Source: an uncultured Verrucomicrobiae bacterium (GTDB lineage: Bacteria > Verrucomicrobiota > Verrucomicrobiia > Chthoniobacterales > UBA10450). From it: a stretch of DNA of 64,000 nucleotides. Location: contig CAWIBO010000005.1 in assembly GCA_963834385.1 (NCBI GenBank), positions 352,001 through 416,000 on the forward strand, read 5' to 3'. The translations under genes and the position numbers were made by a program. The notes under the pieces are model-generated. The model saw only the letters and a program-made list of their open reading frames with translations. It was not told the DNA's origin and did not search any database. How positions within the stretch are numbered: the first letter of the stretch is position 1; the number at the start of each line of letters is the position of its first letter. Below, piece after piece: positions 40,466 through 51,161 of this stretch.

Positions 40466-41575
40466 TTAGGCCGCCCCCAGGTTCGAGGGGAGCGTTTTCA
40501 CCGGGGGCAACACATCGCGGAAGGTTGTGCCGTAGATGTCCCAAACGGTCAGGAAAAGTCCGCAGACGATCGGTCCGACAATGAACCCGATCGGGCCGAA
40601 AAGGAAAAGGCCGCCGAGGGTGCCGACGAGGATGAGGAGGTCGGGCATCTTGGCGTCTTTCCCAACGAGGGTCGGCCGGAGGATGTTGTCCACCGTGCCG
40701 ACCACCGCGACGCACCAGGAGGCGAGCAGGATGGCGGCGAGTGTTTGTCCGGTGAGGAAAAGATAGATCACCGCCGGGATCCAGACCAGGGCCGACCCGA
40801 TCCCGGGCACGACGGAGAGCACGGCCATGATCGTGCCCCAAAAAGCGGCCCCGCCAATGCCCGCGACCCAAAAGCCGAGCCCTGCCAGGCCGCCCTGGAT
40901 GATGCCGATGACGATCGTGCCCTTGATGGTCGCGCGCGTGACCGAGGCGAGCTGCTCCAGGACGCGCACCTCGTCCTCATGACTTAACGGTGTGTAATAG
41001 AAAATCTTCCGGAGGATCATGCGACCATCGCGCAGGAAGAAAAACATCGCGTAAAGCATGACGAAGAAATTGAGGATGAAGGTGGCGGTCCCGGCGGTCA
41101 TGCGGGAGACGCCTGTGACGAGAAAGGCGCCGGTCGATTTGGCGACGGCCCCGAGGTTCTCGAGGATCTGTTCCTGGCTCGGCACGTATTCGGCGAGGGC
41201 GGGGAACCGCTGCACGGCCCAATCGTGCATGTCGAGGGTGCGGACCGCGCCGAAATGCTGTTGCAGCCAGGGAATGGCTTCGTTGCTGATGGCGAGCGCC
41301 TGGTTCACCACCACGCCAACAAAGGCGCTGATCGGCCCGACGATGAGGATGAAGAGAAAAAAGAGCGTGATGCCGGCGGCGAGAGAGGAGCGCCCGCCCA
41401 GCTTCGCCACGATCCAGCGGTAAAGGGGGTAGGAAAGCCCGGCGAACATGGCCCCCAAAACGAGCGGCTGCAGGAACGGCCAGGTGACCGCGAGAAACAT
41501 CCCGGAGACCGCGGCCACCAGGAGGAGGACGAAGCCGCTGCGAAAAGCGCTCTGGCTGATTTTCGACTGCTCCAT
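40466..41575 (-). CDS. AI-2E family transporter
   Basis: FFFLRDG, VPGIGSALVWIP, VDNILRPTLVG, GGLFLFGPIGFIVGP. Confidence 0.9.
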   Translation of the reverse strand: MEQSKISQSAFRSGFVLLLVAAVSGMFLAVTWPFLQPLVLGAMFAGLSYPLYRWIVAKLGGRSSLAAGITLFFLFILIVGPISAFVGVVVNQALAISNEAIPWLQQHFGAVRTLDMHDWAVQRFPALAEYVPSQEQILENLGAVAKSTGAFLVTGVSRMTAGTATFILNFFVMLYAMFFFLRDGRMILRKIFYYTPLSHEDEVRVLEQLASVTRATIKGTIVIGIIQGGLAGLGFWVAGIGGAAFWGTIMAVLSVVPGIGSALVWIPAVIYLFLTGQTLAAILLASWCVAVVGTVDNILRPTLVGKDAKMPDLLILVGTLGGLFLFGPIGFIVGPIVCGLFLTVWDIYGTTFRDVLPPVKTLPSNLGAA

Positions 41576-41678
41576 GGCGGGCATTATCGCTGCGGGGCGG
41601 GCCGTGGCCATTTTTTTCGCGGTGCCCGCCCGCACGCGGGCTTGCGTTGCGCCCGGGCCTGTCACCTATTGAGCGCGG

Positions 41679-42431
41679 ATGGAACCTTTGCGCCTCGGCG
41701 TTAACATCGATCACGTCGCCACCCTGCGGCAGGTCCGGTATGCGGACATGCCGGAGTCGCGCAATGCCGAGCCTGACCCGATCGCGGCGGCGTCGCTCTG
41801 CGAACGGGTGGGGGCGCACGGGATCACGGCCCATTTGCGCGGGGACCGGCGCCATATCCAGGAGCGCGACATCGAACGTCTCCGCGCCAGCATCGTGACC
41901 AAGCTCAACCTCGAGATGGGGAACACCGCGGAGATTGTCGATTTCGCCCTGCGCATCCAGCCGGACGAAGTCTGTCTTGTCCCCGAGAAACGGCAGGAGG
42001 TGACGACCGAGGGCGGGCTCGACGTGGTCACGCACCGGGCGCAGCTCGCGGGAACGATCAAACGGTTCCATGCCGCCGGGATCCGGGTGAGCCTTTTCAT
42101 CGATCCCGATCCGCCCCAGGTCGCGGCCGCGGCCGGGCTGGAGGCGGAGATCGTGGAACTGCATACCGGCAAACTGGCCAACGCTTTTACGGACAAGTTC
42201 GAGCGCCAGGAACTGGACCGGCTGCGGGCGGCGGCGATCCAGGCGGCCGGCCTGAAGATGCAGGTCAACGCCGGGCACGGCATCAATTACCGGAACATCG
42301 CGCTCATCCACAAGATTCCGCACCTGACCGAATTGAACATCGGGCACGCGATCGTGGCGCGAGCGATCTGGGTGGGCTGGGAAGCGGCCGTGCGCGAGAT
42401 GTTGCAGGCAATGGAGGGTTACCGCGGATGA
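41679..42431 (+). CDS. pdxJ: Pyridoxine 5'-phosphate synthase
   Basis: LGVNIDHVATLRQ, HLRGDRRHIQ, TTEGGLD, ELHTG, NAGHG, ELNIGH. Confidence 0.97.
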   Translation: MEPLRLGVNIDHVATLRQVRYADMPESRNAEPDPIAAASLCERVGAHGITAHLRGDRRHIQERDIERLRASIVTKLNLEMGNTAEIVDFALRIQPDEVCLVPEKRQEVTTEGGLDVVTHRAQLAGTIKRFHAAGIRVSLFIDPDPPQVAAAAGLEAEIVELHTGKLANAFTDKFERQELDRLRAAAIQAAGLKMQVNAGHGINYRNIALIHKIPHLTELNIGHAIVARAIWVGWEAAVREMLQAMEGYRG

Positions 42432-42814
42432 GTGTGCTCGGCGTCGGGGTGGACCTGGTGGAAACGGAGCGGATCAATCATTCGCTGGAACGATTCGGCG
42501 ACCGTTTCCTCCACCGCGTGTTCACCGAGGGCGAGATCGAGTATTGCCAGTCGATGAAGTATCCGGCACGCCATTTCGCGGCCCGTTTTGCGGCCAAGGA
42601 AGCGGTCTCGAAAGCGTTCGGCACCGGGATCGGCAAAGCCATTGGCTGGCGCGAGGTTGATGTGCGCAAAAAGGAAAGCGGCGAACCGTATGTGGTGCTG
42701 GACGGCGGAGCGAAGGAACTGGCGGAAGCGCGCGGCGTGATCTCCGTCTGGATCAGCCTGAGCCATACCGATCATCACGCGGTCGCGACCATTGTCTTGC
42801 AGGGATCAACCTGA
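42428..42814 (+). CDS. acpS: Holo-ACP synthase
   Basis: GVGVDLVE, RFAAKEAVSKAFGTG, SLSH. Confidence 0.96.
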   Translation: MSVLGVGVDLVETERINHSLERFGDRFLHRVFTEGEIEYCQSMKYPARHFAARFAAKEAVSKAFGTGIGKAIGWREVDVRKKESGEPYVVLDGGAKELAEARGVISVWISLSHTDHHAVATIVLQGST

Positions 42815-42815
42815 C

Positions 42816-43574
42816 GTGGCCCTCACCGACAAACTCGACTTCGTCATCGCCGGCGCCCAGAAAGGCGGCACCACCGCGCTGCATTATTTCCTGGAGCAAC
42901 ACCCGCGCATCGTCTTCCCGGGGAAACAGGAGCTCCATTTTTTTGACGACGAGGAACATTTTGCGCGGGGCGGGGGCGACGACGCGCTGGCCGCGAGTTT
43001 TGGACGGGTGCCGCCCGGGGCGGTCACGGGCGAATGCACCCCGGTCTACCTCTACTGGGAGCCGGCCCTGCCACGGATCAAGGCTCACAACCCGGCGATC
43101 AAGATCATCCTTACCCTGCGCAACCCGGTGGAACGGGCCTTCTCGCACTGGAACATGCAACGCCAGCGCGACCTCGAGGACCTTGATTTCCTGGATGCCA
43201 TCGCGGCGGAGCCGACGCGTGCCGCGGAGGAAGCGCCACGGCAATCGCGCCGTTACTCGTATCTCGACCGCGGGTTCTACGGCCGGCAGGTGGAACGGCT
43301 GCTGACGTTTTTCCCGCGCGAACAACTGCACGCGATCCGGTTCGACGACCTGCGCGCGGACGCCCCGGGAACGGTGGCCGGCGTCTGTCATTTTCTCGGG
43401 GTGGAACCGCCGGCCCGCCTGAAAGTGCGCGAGAAAAACACCATCGCCTACGATCGCCGGATGACGGCGCGCGAGCGATCGACCCTGTTGGCGCTCTACG
43501 CCGACGACCTGCAAAAGCTCGAGCAACTGCTCGGCTGGGATTGTTCCGACTGGCGTAACGTTCCGTCCTCCTAG
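42816..43574 (+). CDS. PAPS-dependent sulfotransferase
   Basis: GAQKGGTTAL, KQELHFFD, LRNPVERAFS. Confidence 0.9.
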   Translation: MALTDKLDFVIAGAQKGGTTALHYFLEQHPRIVFPGKQELHFFDDEEHFARGGGDDALAASFGRVPPGAVTGECTPVYLYWEPALPRIKAHNPAIKIILTLRNPVERAFSHWNMQRQRDLEDLDFLDAIAAEPTRAAEEAPRQSRRYSYLDRGFYGRQVERLLTFFPREQLHAIRFDDLRADAPGTVAGVCHFLGVEPPARLKVREKNTIAYDRRMTARERSTLLALYADDLQKLEQLLGWDCSDWRNVPSS

Positions 43575-44312
43575 AGGCGGAAGCGCGGTGTGTGCGCGGG
43601 ATCAGCCGCAAGCAGAGCTTTTGAGCGCACAATGACGGCGCCGGCATCGCGCAGGGTGTCGCGGACTTCCGGCGTCATGTAACGGCCTTCACCCGGCCGC
43701 GGGTTGAAGTCGAGCAAGAGGCGCCCCTCCGGGTTGAGCAGGCGGGAGCGAACGTCGTGAATAAAGAAGCGCCAGTCGTCCGGGGTCCACTCGATCCATT
43801 TGCCGCCGGTGCCCCGCTCCATTTTGTAAAAGCAGATGCGATGCGCGGTCACGAGATCGAACCGTCCGCCGAGATCGGGCAGGGGAACGCCCGCCTCGAT
43901 CCGGTGAATCACGCGCGGGATCCCAAGCATCTCGGTGGTCTCGCGGAAGAGCGGTTGCTCGTCGATGTCGACGCTGACGCCGTCGTGGCCAAGGGCGCGG
44001 CAGACAAACAAGAAATAGTTCGGGCCGCAACCGAGGTCGAGGATGCGCAACGGCGGCGCCTGGTCGAGCCAGAGATCCTGGGCGCGCTCGATGTTTTCCT
44101 TCAGCAGGCGACGCGCATTGGCGAAGCGGTTGATCTTTCGGATGAGTGCCGCCTTCCGGATAGCGTTCCCGGAGACGGGCGAGTTTGGCGGGGTCGATCC
44201 GGGCCAGGATGGGTCCGGCCGGGACCGGATGAGTCCAGCGCCGGGCATGGTCGCGCAGGCTGGCGAGGGCCTCGAGGGTGAGAAGCTTCTCCAGTTTGCG
44301 CGACAGTTTCAT
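43571..44312 (-). CDS. Class I SAM-dependent methyltransferase (frameshift near 44160)
   Basis: ILDLGCG, FDLVTA; N-terminus MKLSRKLEKLL lies in another frame. Confidence 0.75.
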
Positions 44313-44407
44313 TCCACGGACACCGTTGGTCAGGACGGGACCGCGCACAAGGCGCGAGAAAGCGCGGGGTGACTTTCGGGGGAATCTTCGGCATCTTGCC
44401 GGCGAAG

Positions 44408-45088
44408 ATGAGCGACCTGGCAACCAACCTGGCGGGGGTGGAGGAACAGATCCGGCGGGCGGCGGCGAAAGCAGGCCGCAACCGGGATGAGATTGAGCTG
44501 GTCGCGGCGAGCAAGAAACAGCCGCCGGAAAAAGTGCGCGCGGCGATCGAGGCGGGTCAGCTGCTCTTCGGCGAAAGCAAGGTGCAGGAGGCCCGGGCCA
44601 AGATCCCGGAGCTGCCCTCCTCGGCCCGGTGGCATTACATCGGGCGGCTGCAAAAGAACAAGGTCCGCCAGGCCCTGCCTCTTTTCGAGATGATCCACAG
44701 CATTGATTCGCTGGCGCTGGCGGAAGACATCGAAAGGATCGCCACGGAGGAAGGGGTTCGCGTCCGGGGATTGCTGCAGGTGAACGTGGCGGGCGAGTCG
44801 AGCAAAGCCGGGTTTTCGCCGGATGGGTTGCGGGAGAACCTCGAGGCCCTGCTGCGGCTTTCGCGGGTGGATATTGTCGGACTGATGACGATCCCGCCGC
44901 TGGCGCCGGAACCGGAACAATCGCGGCCGTTTTTCATCCAGTTGCGCGGGTTGCGTGACGAGTGCGAAAAAGCGGCCGGGATTTCGCTGCCGCATCTTTC
45001 CATGGGGATGAGCAACGACTTCGAGATCGCGATCGAGGAAGGTGCCACCCTCGTGCGGGTGGGCACGGCGCTCTTCGGCGAGAGATAA
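44408..45088 (+). CDS. yggS: YggS/PLPBP pyridoxal-phosphate homeostasis protein
   Basis: [42 protein letters not shown]. Confidence 0.95.
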   Translation: MSDLATNLAGVEEQIRRAAAKAGRNRDEIELVAASKKQPPEKVRAAIEAGQLLFGESKVQEARAKIPELPSSARWHYIGRLQKNKVRQALPLFEMIHSIDSLALAEDIERIATEEGVRVRGLLQVNVAGESSKAGFSPDGLRENLEALLRLSRVDIVGLMTIPPLAPEPEQSRPFFIQLRGLRDECEKAAGISLPHLSMGMSNDFEIAIEEGATLVRVGTALFGER

Positions 45089-45091
45089 TAG

Positions 45092-45123
45092 AAAAGGCGC
45101 GACTCTTTCGAGCCGCGCCTTTC
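45092..45123. terminator. Likely bidirectional intrinsic terminator
   Basis: aaaaggcgcg-actctttcgagc-cgcgcctttt between convergent genes. Confidence 0.7.
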
Positions 45124-45147
45124 CGTTTTACCTCAGTAACGGGGGCG

Positions 45148-46347
45148 TTACTGGAGGGAATAGACTTCGACCACGGCGATGCCGGTGGAACCGCCGCTGC
45201 CCGAGACGATGGCGGTGTACGATTCCGGCGGGAGCCGCATCAGGATGGCGGCTTCGTTGTCGTTCATCGGCGCGAGGCCGGTGGCGGTGATTTCAGCCTC
45301 CTGCGAAGATTTCCAGTTGTCATTCGTGACGATGACGTTGCCGTCCTTGTCGCGAAGGGAAATGACCGGGTCCGCCAGCGTGCCCATGACCGAGCCGGAA
45401 ATGCTGGGACCGATGGCCCGGAGGAGGAAGCGGGCGTTAACCCCACCGCGCGAGATGAAACCGCCGATGAGCACCTCATCACCCGTGCCGACGCGGCCGC
45501 GGGTCGAGATGTTCAGCATGCGCGAACCGGGATTCACCGTGGCGGCGATATCGACCACGGTTTCACCCGAGAGGGCCGCCGGGGCGATGGTCGCGGGGAG
45601 GGTGGCGCCGGCGGGCGCGGTGGCGGCGCCGGTCACCAGGTTGATCGCGTAGAGGTTGCTCGTGCCCGAAACAGTCAGGGCGGCATAGGCCACGCCGCTG
45701 ACGCCCGAGATGTCGAACCCGACTTCGTCGGTGGTATCGACGCCGAGGGAACCAACCGTGTTCAATTTGCCGTCGTTCGGCGGATTTTGGATAACGAGGA
45801 TATCGAGGGAGGAGTCGATGTCATAGAGAACGGTGCCCGCCGCGCCGGCGAAGCTGTTCGTGTAGGCGGCCCCGACAACCTTCGGGTCCTGGCCGTTGTT
45901 CACGTCGCCACTGGCGTAGGCGAGGGAGGCATCAGTGAAACTGAGGGCGCCGTTGTTCGGGTTGACCCGGAGATCCTGGTCGGTGTCGCTGACGATCCGG
46001 ATCCGGTCGACGGTCGGATTGAAATCGAAACCAAAGCGGGTGCCATTGAGGGTGAAGGCCCCGCCGGCGCCGATCTGGGTGGCGACGCCGGTTTCCTGGT
46101 TGATGGAATAGAGACGGCTCTGGCTGCCGAGACCGAAAAGCTCGCCCGTGGCCGGGCGGAAATCGATGCCGACAAGAGAATCACCACTGTTGAGACCGCT
46201 GACGGTGACGGTGCTGGTGACGGTGCCGGGGGAAGCGCTATCAACAGTGAGGAGTCGGTTGCCAGATGTGAGCACGACGATTGACTCCGCTTGCGCAAGG
46301 CTGGCGAAAGTCAGCGCCGTGACGACGCTGAGAAGAAAGGTTTTCAT
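45148..46347 (-). CDS. Exported DUF4394-domain protein with one C-terminal NISTR module
   Basis: Signal peptide; GIDFRPATGELFG, FDFNPTVDRIRIVS, GAAYTN, PPNDGKL; then LNISTRGRVGTGDEVLIGGF...TGIAVVEVYSL. Confidence 0.85.
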   Translation of the reverse strand: MKTFLLSVVTALTFASLAQAESIVVLTSGNRLLTVDSASPGTVTSTVTVSGLNSGDSLVGIDFRPATGELFGLGSQSRLYSINQETGVATQIGAGGAFTLNGTRFGFDFNPTVDRIRIVSDTDQDLRVNPNNGALSFTDASLAYASGDVNNGQDPKVVGAAYTNSFAGAAGTVLYDIDSSLDILVIQNPPNDGKLNTVGSLGVDTTDEVGFDISGVSGVAYAALTVSGTSNLYAINLVTGAATAPAGATLPATIAPAALSGETVVDIAATVNPGSRMLNISTRGRVGTGDEVLIGGFISRGGVNARFLLRAIGPSISGSVMGTLADPVISLRDKDGNVIVTNDNWKSSQEAEITATGLAPMNDNEAAILMRLPPESYTAIVSGSGGSTGIAVVEVYSLQ

Positions 46348-46439
46348 TCTTGCAGGAGATACGGCGGGTGCGGGCCGGCGGATGCGCGCGGGCACTTGAG
46401 TTCGCGGGCGCTCCTCGTAGTCTGCGGGTCTGATGAAGC

Positions 46440-46748
46440 TTGGGATCACAGTCGATCCAGTTGATTGGGAACGAGTTGGCCATCCGCTGGGAGGATGGGG
46501 AGGAGTCCTATCTTCCGTTGGAGTTTTTGCGGCGCGCCTGTCCCTGCGCGAGTTGCGGGGGCGAGCCGGACGTGATGGGAAACCTGGTCCGGCCCGAGGT
46601 GACCTACGGGATGAGCAGCTTTGAGTTGCGCGGCTGGGAGATGGTGGGCGGCTACGCCATCCTGCCGCGGTGGGCCGATGGCCACCAGACCGGGATTTAT
46701 TCCTATGCCTACCTGCGGCGGCTGGCGGCGGCGGCGGGGGAGGGTTGA
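46440..46748 (+). CDS. DUF971 family (gamma-butyrobetaine hydroxylase N-terminal-like) protein
   Basis: LRRACPCASC, VGGYA...WADGHQTGIYSYAYL. Confidence 0.85.
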   Translation: MGSQSIQLIGNELAIRWEDGEESYLPLEFLRRACPCASCGGEPDVMGNLVRPEVTYGMSSFELRGWEMVGGYAILPRWADGHQTGIYSYAYLRRLAAAAGEG

Positions 46749-46775
46749 CGCGGCTGCTAGGATGCCTTTCCGAAG

Positions 46776-47237
46776 ATGAACGCGTGGAGCAAGGCAGGTT
46801 TGATCGTCTTTTTCCTGGCGCTTTGCGCCGTGGCCACGGTGGCCACCCGCCCGTTGCGACGGGCAGCGCCGGCGCCCGATGCGCGCGTGCTCTACGCGGT
46901 GGTCAACAGCCAGCTCGCGGCCTTCCGCGCCCATGACTTCGGCCATGCCTATCTGTTGGCCGCCAGCGGCGTGCAGGAGAAATTTTCCGTGGACGAGTTC
47001 AAGGGGATGATCTTCCGGGAGTTCGCGGAGATGACCACGGAGGAGGGGGTGGAGTTTGGGCGCGCGGAAATGCGCGGCACAAACGCCGTGGTGGAGGTTT
47101 TCATCGAGCACCGTTCCGGCGCTGTCCTTGGTTATTCCTATCTCCTGGCGGCGGAGGAGAACGGCTGGCGGATCGAAGGCGTGGAACCGCTGGCCCGCCA
47201 CCCTCAGCGGCAGGGCACGGCCGGCCTGCGCCTTTGA
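46776..47237 (+). CDS. DUF4864-like membrane-anchored protein
   Basis: N-terminal TM; VVNSQLAAFRAHDFGHAY, F...F..MI, GWRIEGV. Confidence 0.7.
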   Translation: MNAWSKAGLIVFFLALCAVATVATRPLRRAAPAPDARVLYAVVNSQLAAFRAHDFGHAYLLAASGVQEKFSVDEFKGMIFREFAEMTTEEGVEFGRAEMRGTNAVVEVFIEHRSGAVLGYSYLLAAEENGWRIEGVEPLARHPQRQGTAGLRL

Positions 47238-48191
47238 TCAGGAGGGCAGGGTGATCCGCAGGAGCGACGTCCCGGGCGCGCCCGGACGGAGCATCCGGTC
47301 GGTGGCGCCGGCCGGGACGAGGAAGAAATAACCGGGCGCGAGCGAAACCCCCGCGCACTCAATCTGCCCGGAAAGACAGCCGACGATAACAAATTCTCCC
47401 GCGGGCGCGGCCTCGCGCGGCTCCGCCAGCTTCCATTGATCGACGGCAAAACATTCGTGCTCCGCCAGCCGTTCGGCCTCGGGTGAGAGCAGGGGAGGCT
47501 CGATATCGTCAAACTTGATCGAGCGCATGGCCTCCTCGTGATGCAGCGGGCGCGGTTTGCCCGTTCCGCCCGCGCGGTCCCAATCGTAAATCCGGTAGGT
47601 GGTGTCGCTGTTCTGCTGCACCTCGACGATGACGGTCCCGCCGCCGATGGCGTGGACGCGCCCGCTGGGCAGAAACATGGCGTCACCCGTCTTGACCGGC
47701 TGCCGATGCAGCAGGTCGGCCACGGCCGGGGAGGAGAGCGCCTTGGCGAATTCTTTCTTCGTGCAGCCTTTCCGCAGGCCGACATAAAGCTCGGCGCCCG
47801 GGTCGGCATCGACGATCCACCACATCTCCGTCTTGGGCTCGTCGCCAAACTCCTCCGCCACGTCGGCCGGCGGATGGACCTGGACCGAAAGCCGGTCGCG
47901 CGCGTCCAGCAGCTTCACCAGGATGGGGAAATGGGGCAGCTCGGGGCCGGGCCCAAACACCTCGTCGCGGTGGTGCTGCCAGAGCTCGTTCAAGGTTTTC
48001 CCGGCGAACTCGCCCTCGAGGACCACGCTTTGCACCTCGCCACGGTCGACGATTTCCCAGGATTCACCGATGGCCACCTCGGCCGGGAGTTTCTTGCCGA
48101 ACAGTTCCTCGAGCCGGCGGCCGCCCCAGATGCGCTCGATAAAAAGCGGCTGGAACTTGATCGGGCGCAGGGAACGGGCGGATGACGGCAT
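47238..48191 (-). CDS. manA: Mannose-6-phosphate isomerase, class I
   Basis: RIWGG, GESWE, FPILVKLLDA, LSVQVHP, KTEMW, EVQQNSDTTYRIYDW. Confidence 0.92.
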   Translation of the reverse strand: MPSSARSLRPIKFQPLFIERIWGGRRLEELFGKKLPAEVAIGESWEIVDRGEVQSVVLEGEFAGKTLNELWQHHRDEVFGPGPELPHFPILVKLLDARDRLSVQVHPPADVAEEFGDEPKTEMWWIVDADPGAELYVGLRKGCTKKEFAKALSSPAVADLLHRQPVKTGDAMFLPSGRVHAIGGGTVIVEVQQNSDTTYRIYDWDRAGGTGKPRPLHHEEAMRSIKFDDIEPPLLSPEAERLAEHECFAVDQWKLAEPREAAPAGEFVIVGCLSGQIECAGVSLAPGYFFLVPAGATDRMLRPGAPGTSLLRITLPS

Positions 48192-48250
48192 GGCTGCTTT
48201 ATAGTCGCCCCGGCTCGCCTTTGCAAAAAGGATGCGTAAGCTCGGCGCGC

Positions 48251-48706
48251 ATGAAAACCGGGGGATGGAAGCTGATGGCGGGCTGGGTGCCGGCCCTGAT
48301 CTGGATGACGATCATCTTTGTCGGCTCCACCGACCTGATGTCGGCCCCGCACACTTCCCGGTTTTTGGTGCCGTTTTTGCGCTGGCTCGCGCCGGAGATG
48401 GGGGTGGAAACGATTGCGCTGGTGCAGTTCGGTTTGCGGAAGCTGGCGCACGTGGCCGAATACACCATTTTGGCGCTGCTGCTTTGGCGCGGGGTGCGCC
48501 TGAGCCTGCGTCTTTCGCCGCGGCGGGGTGCGCTCCTGGTGGGGCTGATCGGCGTGGTCTACGCCGCCGCCGATGAATGGCACCAGAGCTTTGTCGTTTC
48601 CCGGACCGGCGCGGTGCAGGACGTCCTGATCGACACGATCGGCGTGGCGCTGGGGGTGACGGCGGGCTGGTTCTGGACCGCGCGGAAAAGAAAAAGCGCG
48701 GGTTAA
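48251..48706 (+). CDS. VanZ family protein
   Basis: RKLAHVAEY, YAAADEWHQSFV..R, DVLID. Confidence 0.9.
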   Translation: MKTGGWKLMAGWVPALIWMTIIFVGSTDLMSAPHTSRFLVPFLRWLAPEMGVETIALVQFGLRKLAHVAEYTILALLLWRGVRLSLRLSPRRGALLVGLIGVVYAAADEWHQSFVVSRTGAVQDVLIDTIGVALGVTAGWFWTARKRKSAG

Positions 48707-48709
48707 AAG

Positions 48710-48783
48710 TGGGCCTGACTGGGCTCGAACCAGTGACCCTGCGCTTATCAAGCGCATGCTCTAACCAACTGAGCTACAGGCCC
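48710..48783 (-). tRNA. tRNA-Ile(GAT)
   Basis: GGGCCTGTAGCTCAGTTGGTTAGAGCA-TGCGC TT GAT AA GCGCA-GGGTCACTGGTTCGAGCCCAGTCAGGCCCA. Confidence 0.96.
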
Positions 48784-48846
48784 GGAAATTGGGGAGCCCC
48801 ATCGTAAATGACCTTGTCGGTTTTGCAACCGCCGTCGGGCGGTTTT

Positions 48847-50087
48847 CTAGTGGCCGGCACGGGGGCGGCGCTGTCGCCACCAACCGACCATCCACGGCGC
48901 CGCTTTTTCGCGGAGACGGGTGAGGGGCGACTCGAAGAAACGGTAGAGCAACGCGCTGACCACGAACGCAAGGAGGACCGCGACCAGGGCGACTCCCCAG
49001 GCGCGGGCGGGGGACGAGTTCGGATCGAGGCCGGCGAAATGCTCCAGGAGGGTAGAAGATGGGGAAATGGGAAAGATAAAGCGCGTAGGACCAGAGGGCG
49101 GTCCGCCGCAGGCTGAGGCTGGCAACGTTCTCCCGGGTCAGTTTCCAGCCCGAGGCGAGGGGGAGGAGCAGGGCGAAACTGAGCGAGACCAGGCTGAAAC
49201 GGAAGGTGCGCGCGAACCAGGTATCGGCGCTCCAGTTCATCCCGGGCCCGGGCGCGGTGAAGAGGGAGACAATAGAGCACCGCGGCCCCGGCGATGCCGA
49301 GGAAGGCGCAGGGCCGGCGCCAGCGTTGCCAGCCCGCGGGGAAGCGGAGCGCGATCCAGGCCGCGACCACCCCCGCCATGAGCGCGTCAAAACGGAGGAG
49401 AACCGGTTTGCGCTGCCATTCCGTCCAGGTGGCTTCCGGCGCCGCGGCGGTGAACAGGCGTCCAAGGGTGGAGAAAAGCAGAAACGCCAGCGCCACCCCC
49501 AGCAGAACGCGATTGAACCGCCGTGTCCCTTGCAGGCAGAGAAAGAGGGCCAGCGGGAAAAGAAGATAGAACCATTCCTCAATCGCGAGGCTCCAGGACT
49601 CGCCGAAGAAGAGCAGGTCGGGGCCGGTCATGTTCCGCAGGAAAAAGGCGTGCCCGACAATTTCCGTGGGCGGAAAAGCACGCCGGTGCAGTCCCCATTC
49701 CAGAAGGAGATTGAGCAGGAGGAAAAGGAAGAAGAGCGGCAGGGTGCGAAACCAGCGGCGCAGGTAAAAGGTGGCGAGCGCATCCGGCCGGGCCAGTTGT
49801 CCGCCCTGGCGGACGAGGATGGTGCCGATGAGGAACCCGCTCAGGACGAAGAAAAGTTCGACCCCGAAGTAGCCGCCGTGGCTGGCATAGGTGGCCCACC
49901 AGGGAAGAGCCAGCTGCGGCAGGCTCAGGAGATGGGCCGCGAGCACGGCCAGCGATGGCGGTCGCCCGGAGGAAATCGAGGCCGAAGATCCGGCCGTGGG
50001 CCGAGTCCCGGTCGAGATGGGAGGGGAAGCCGATTGCGCTCGTCGGAGCCGGGGAGCGTGCGCAGGGGAGGCCCGGGGCGAGGACAT
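48847..50087 (-). CDS. Acyltransferase family 3 (OafA-like), several frameshifts
   Basis: GVELFFVLSGFLI, FYLRRWFRTLP, SWSLAIEEWFY, RFDALMAG, SYALYLSH, YRFFESP spread over three frames. Confidence 0.8.
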
Positions 50088-50184
50088 GGGCGGGAGGGTA
50101 ACCGGCTCAATGAACCGGGGCAACGCCGGGACTTTTCCGGGCAATAGGCTTGACAGAGCGGCGCGTGGACGAAACAAACGTCTC

Positions 50185-50943
50185 ATGAACAAGCAACTTC
50201 TGGCCGGGGTCGTCGCCACCCTGGCCCTGGGCGTGTTCCCGCTGGCGGCAGGTGAAAACGTGGCATTCGACGCGAAAGACGCCAAGCTGATGCCGGAAAC
50301 GCCGGTGGCTCCGCCGCCATGCACCTGGACCGGGTTCTACACCGGCCTGCATGTCGGCTACGGGTTCGGCGATGTGAGCCTGAACGAGTTGAATGAAGAT
50401 GACCCGGTTTACCATCTTGACCTTGCGGGCGTAATCCTCGGAGGGCAACTCGGCTACAACTACCAGATCGGCATGATCGTGCTCGGAGTGGAGGGAGAGT
50501 TTTCCTGGACGGATTTTGATGATCGCGACGACATCACCCAGCCGCAGGACGAGGAGTCGAAGAACGGCTATGTGGAGTCAGATTACCGTGCGACCCTGGC
50601 CGGCCGGATCGGCCTGAGCCTCGGCAACAACCGGTTCCTCCCTTATTTCAAGGCCGGCGGCGCCTTCATGAGCTTCGACTACGCTGTGATCGACCGGGAA
50701 TTCGAAAGCGGCGACACCGAGGAATGGCACGCGGACAAGGATCAGCTCGTGCCGATGATCGGGGCTGGGATTGAGTATGCGATCAATTGCCAGTGGTCGG
50801 TGAAGGTCGAGTACAAGCATTATTTCCTCGAGAACAACGATGTGAAGAGTCTGGAGAGCGACGGCGAAGAGATTGACGCGCGCACCTACCGGGTAAAGAA
50901 CGACCTTGATTCGGTCGAGGTCGGCTTGAACTACCGTTTTTAG
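50185..50943 (+). CDS. Outer-membrane beta-barrel protein (Omp25/Omp31-like)
   Basis: Signal peptide; WTGFYTGLHVGY, GGQLGYNYQ, GAGIEYA, C-terminal GLNYRF. Confidence 0.88.
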   Translation: MNKQLLAGVVATLALGVFPLAAGENVAFDAKDAKLMPETPVAPPPCTWTGFYTGLHVGYGFGDVSLNELNEDDPVYHLDLAGVILGGQLGYNYQIGMIVLGVEGEFSWTDFDDRDDITQPQDEESKNGYVESDYRATLAGRIGLSLGNNRFLPYFKAGGAFMSFDYAVIDREFESGDTEEWHADKDQLVPMIGAGIEYAINCQWSVKVEYKHYFLENNDVKSLESDGEEIDARTYRVKNDLDSVEVGLNYRF

Positions 50944-51161
50944 GTTATTTCCTGACCGCAGAGTTCCTCGATCGGGCTCCGCCTGGCCCCGAGGGCGCCG
51001 GCATTCTCGGGAGGGCGCCGAGGAATAAGCTTGACCGGGTGCTGGCTGTTTCCTCAGCCTGCCGATAGCCGCGCAAGCGGCGGGCGACAAATTCCGCGAA
51101 TCGATGCCGCACATCGGGTTCTGCGTTTGCCGAGGGATACCCCGTTAATTGGATCGGCACT

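Noticed and set aside
42816..44312. Sulfotransferase and methyltransferase as part of the arsenosugar pathway (sulfated arsenosugars)
   Set aside because: They are separated from the cluster by AI-2E, pdxJ and acpS, and the sulfotransferase is coupled to pdxJ-acpS; nothing in the sequence links them, though synteny could be checked
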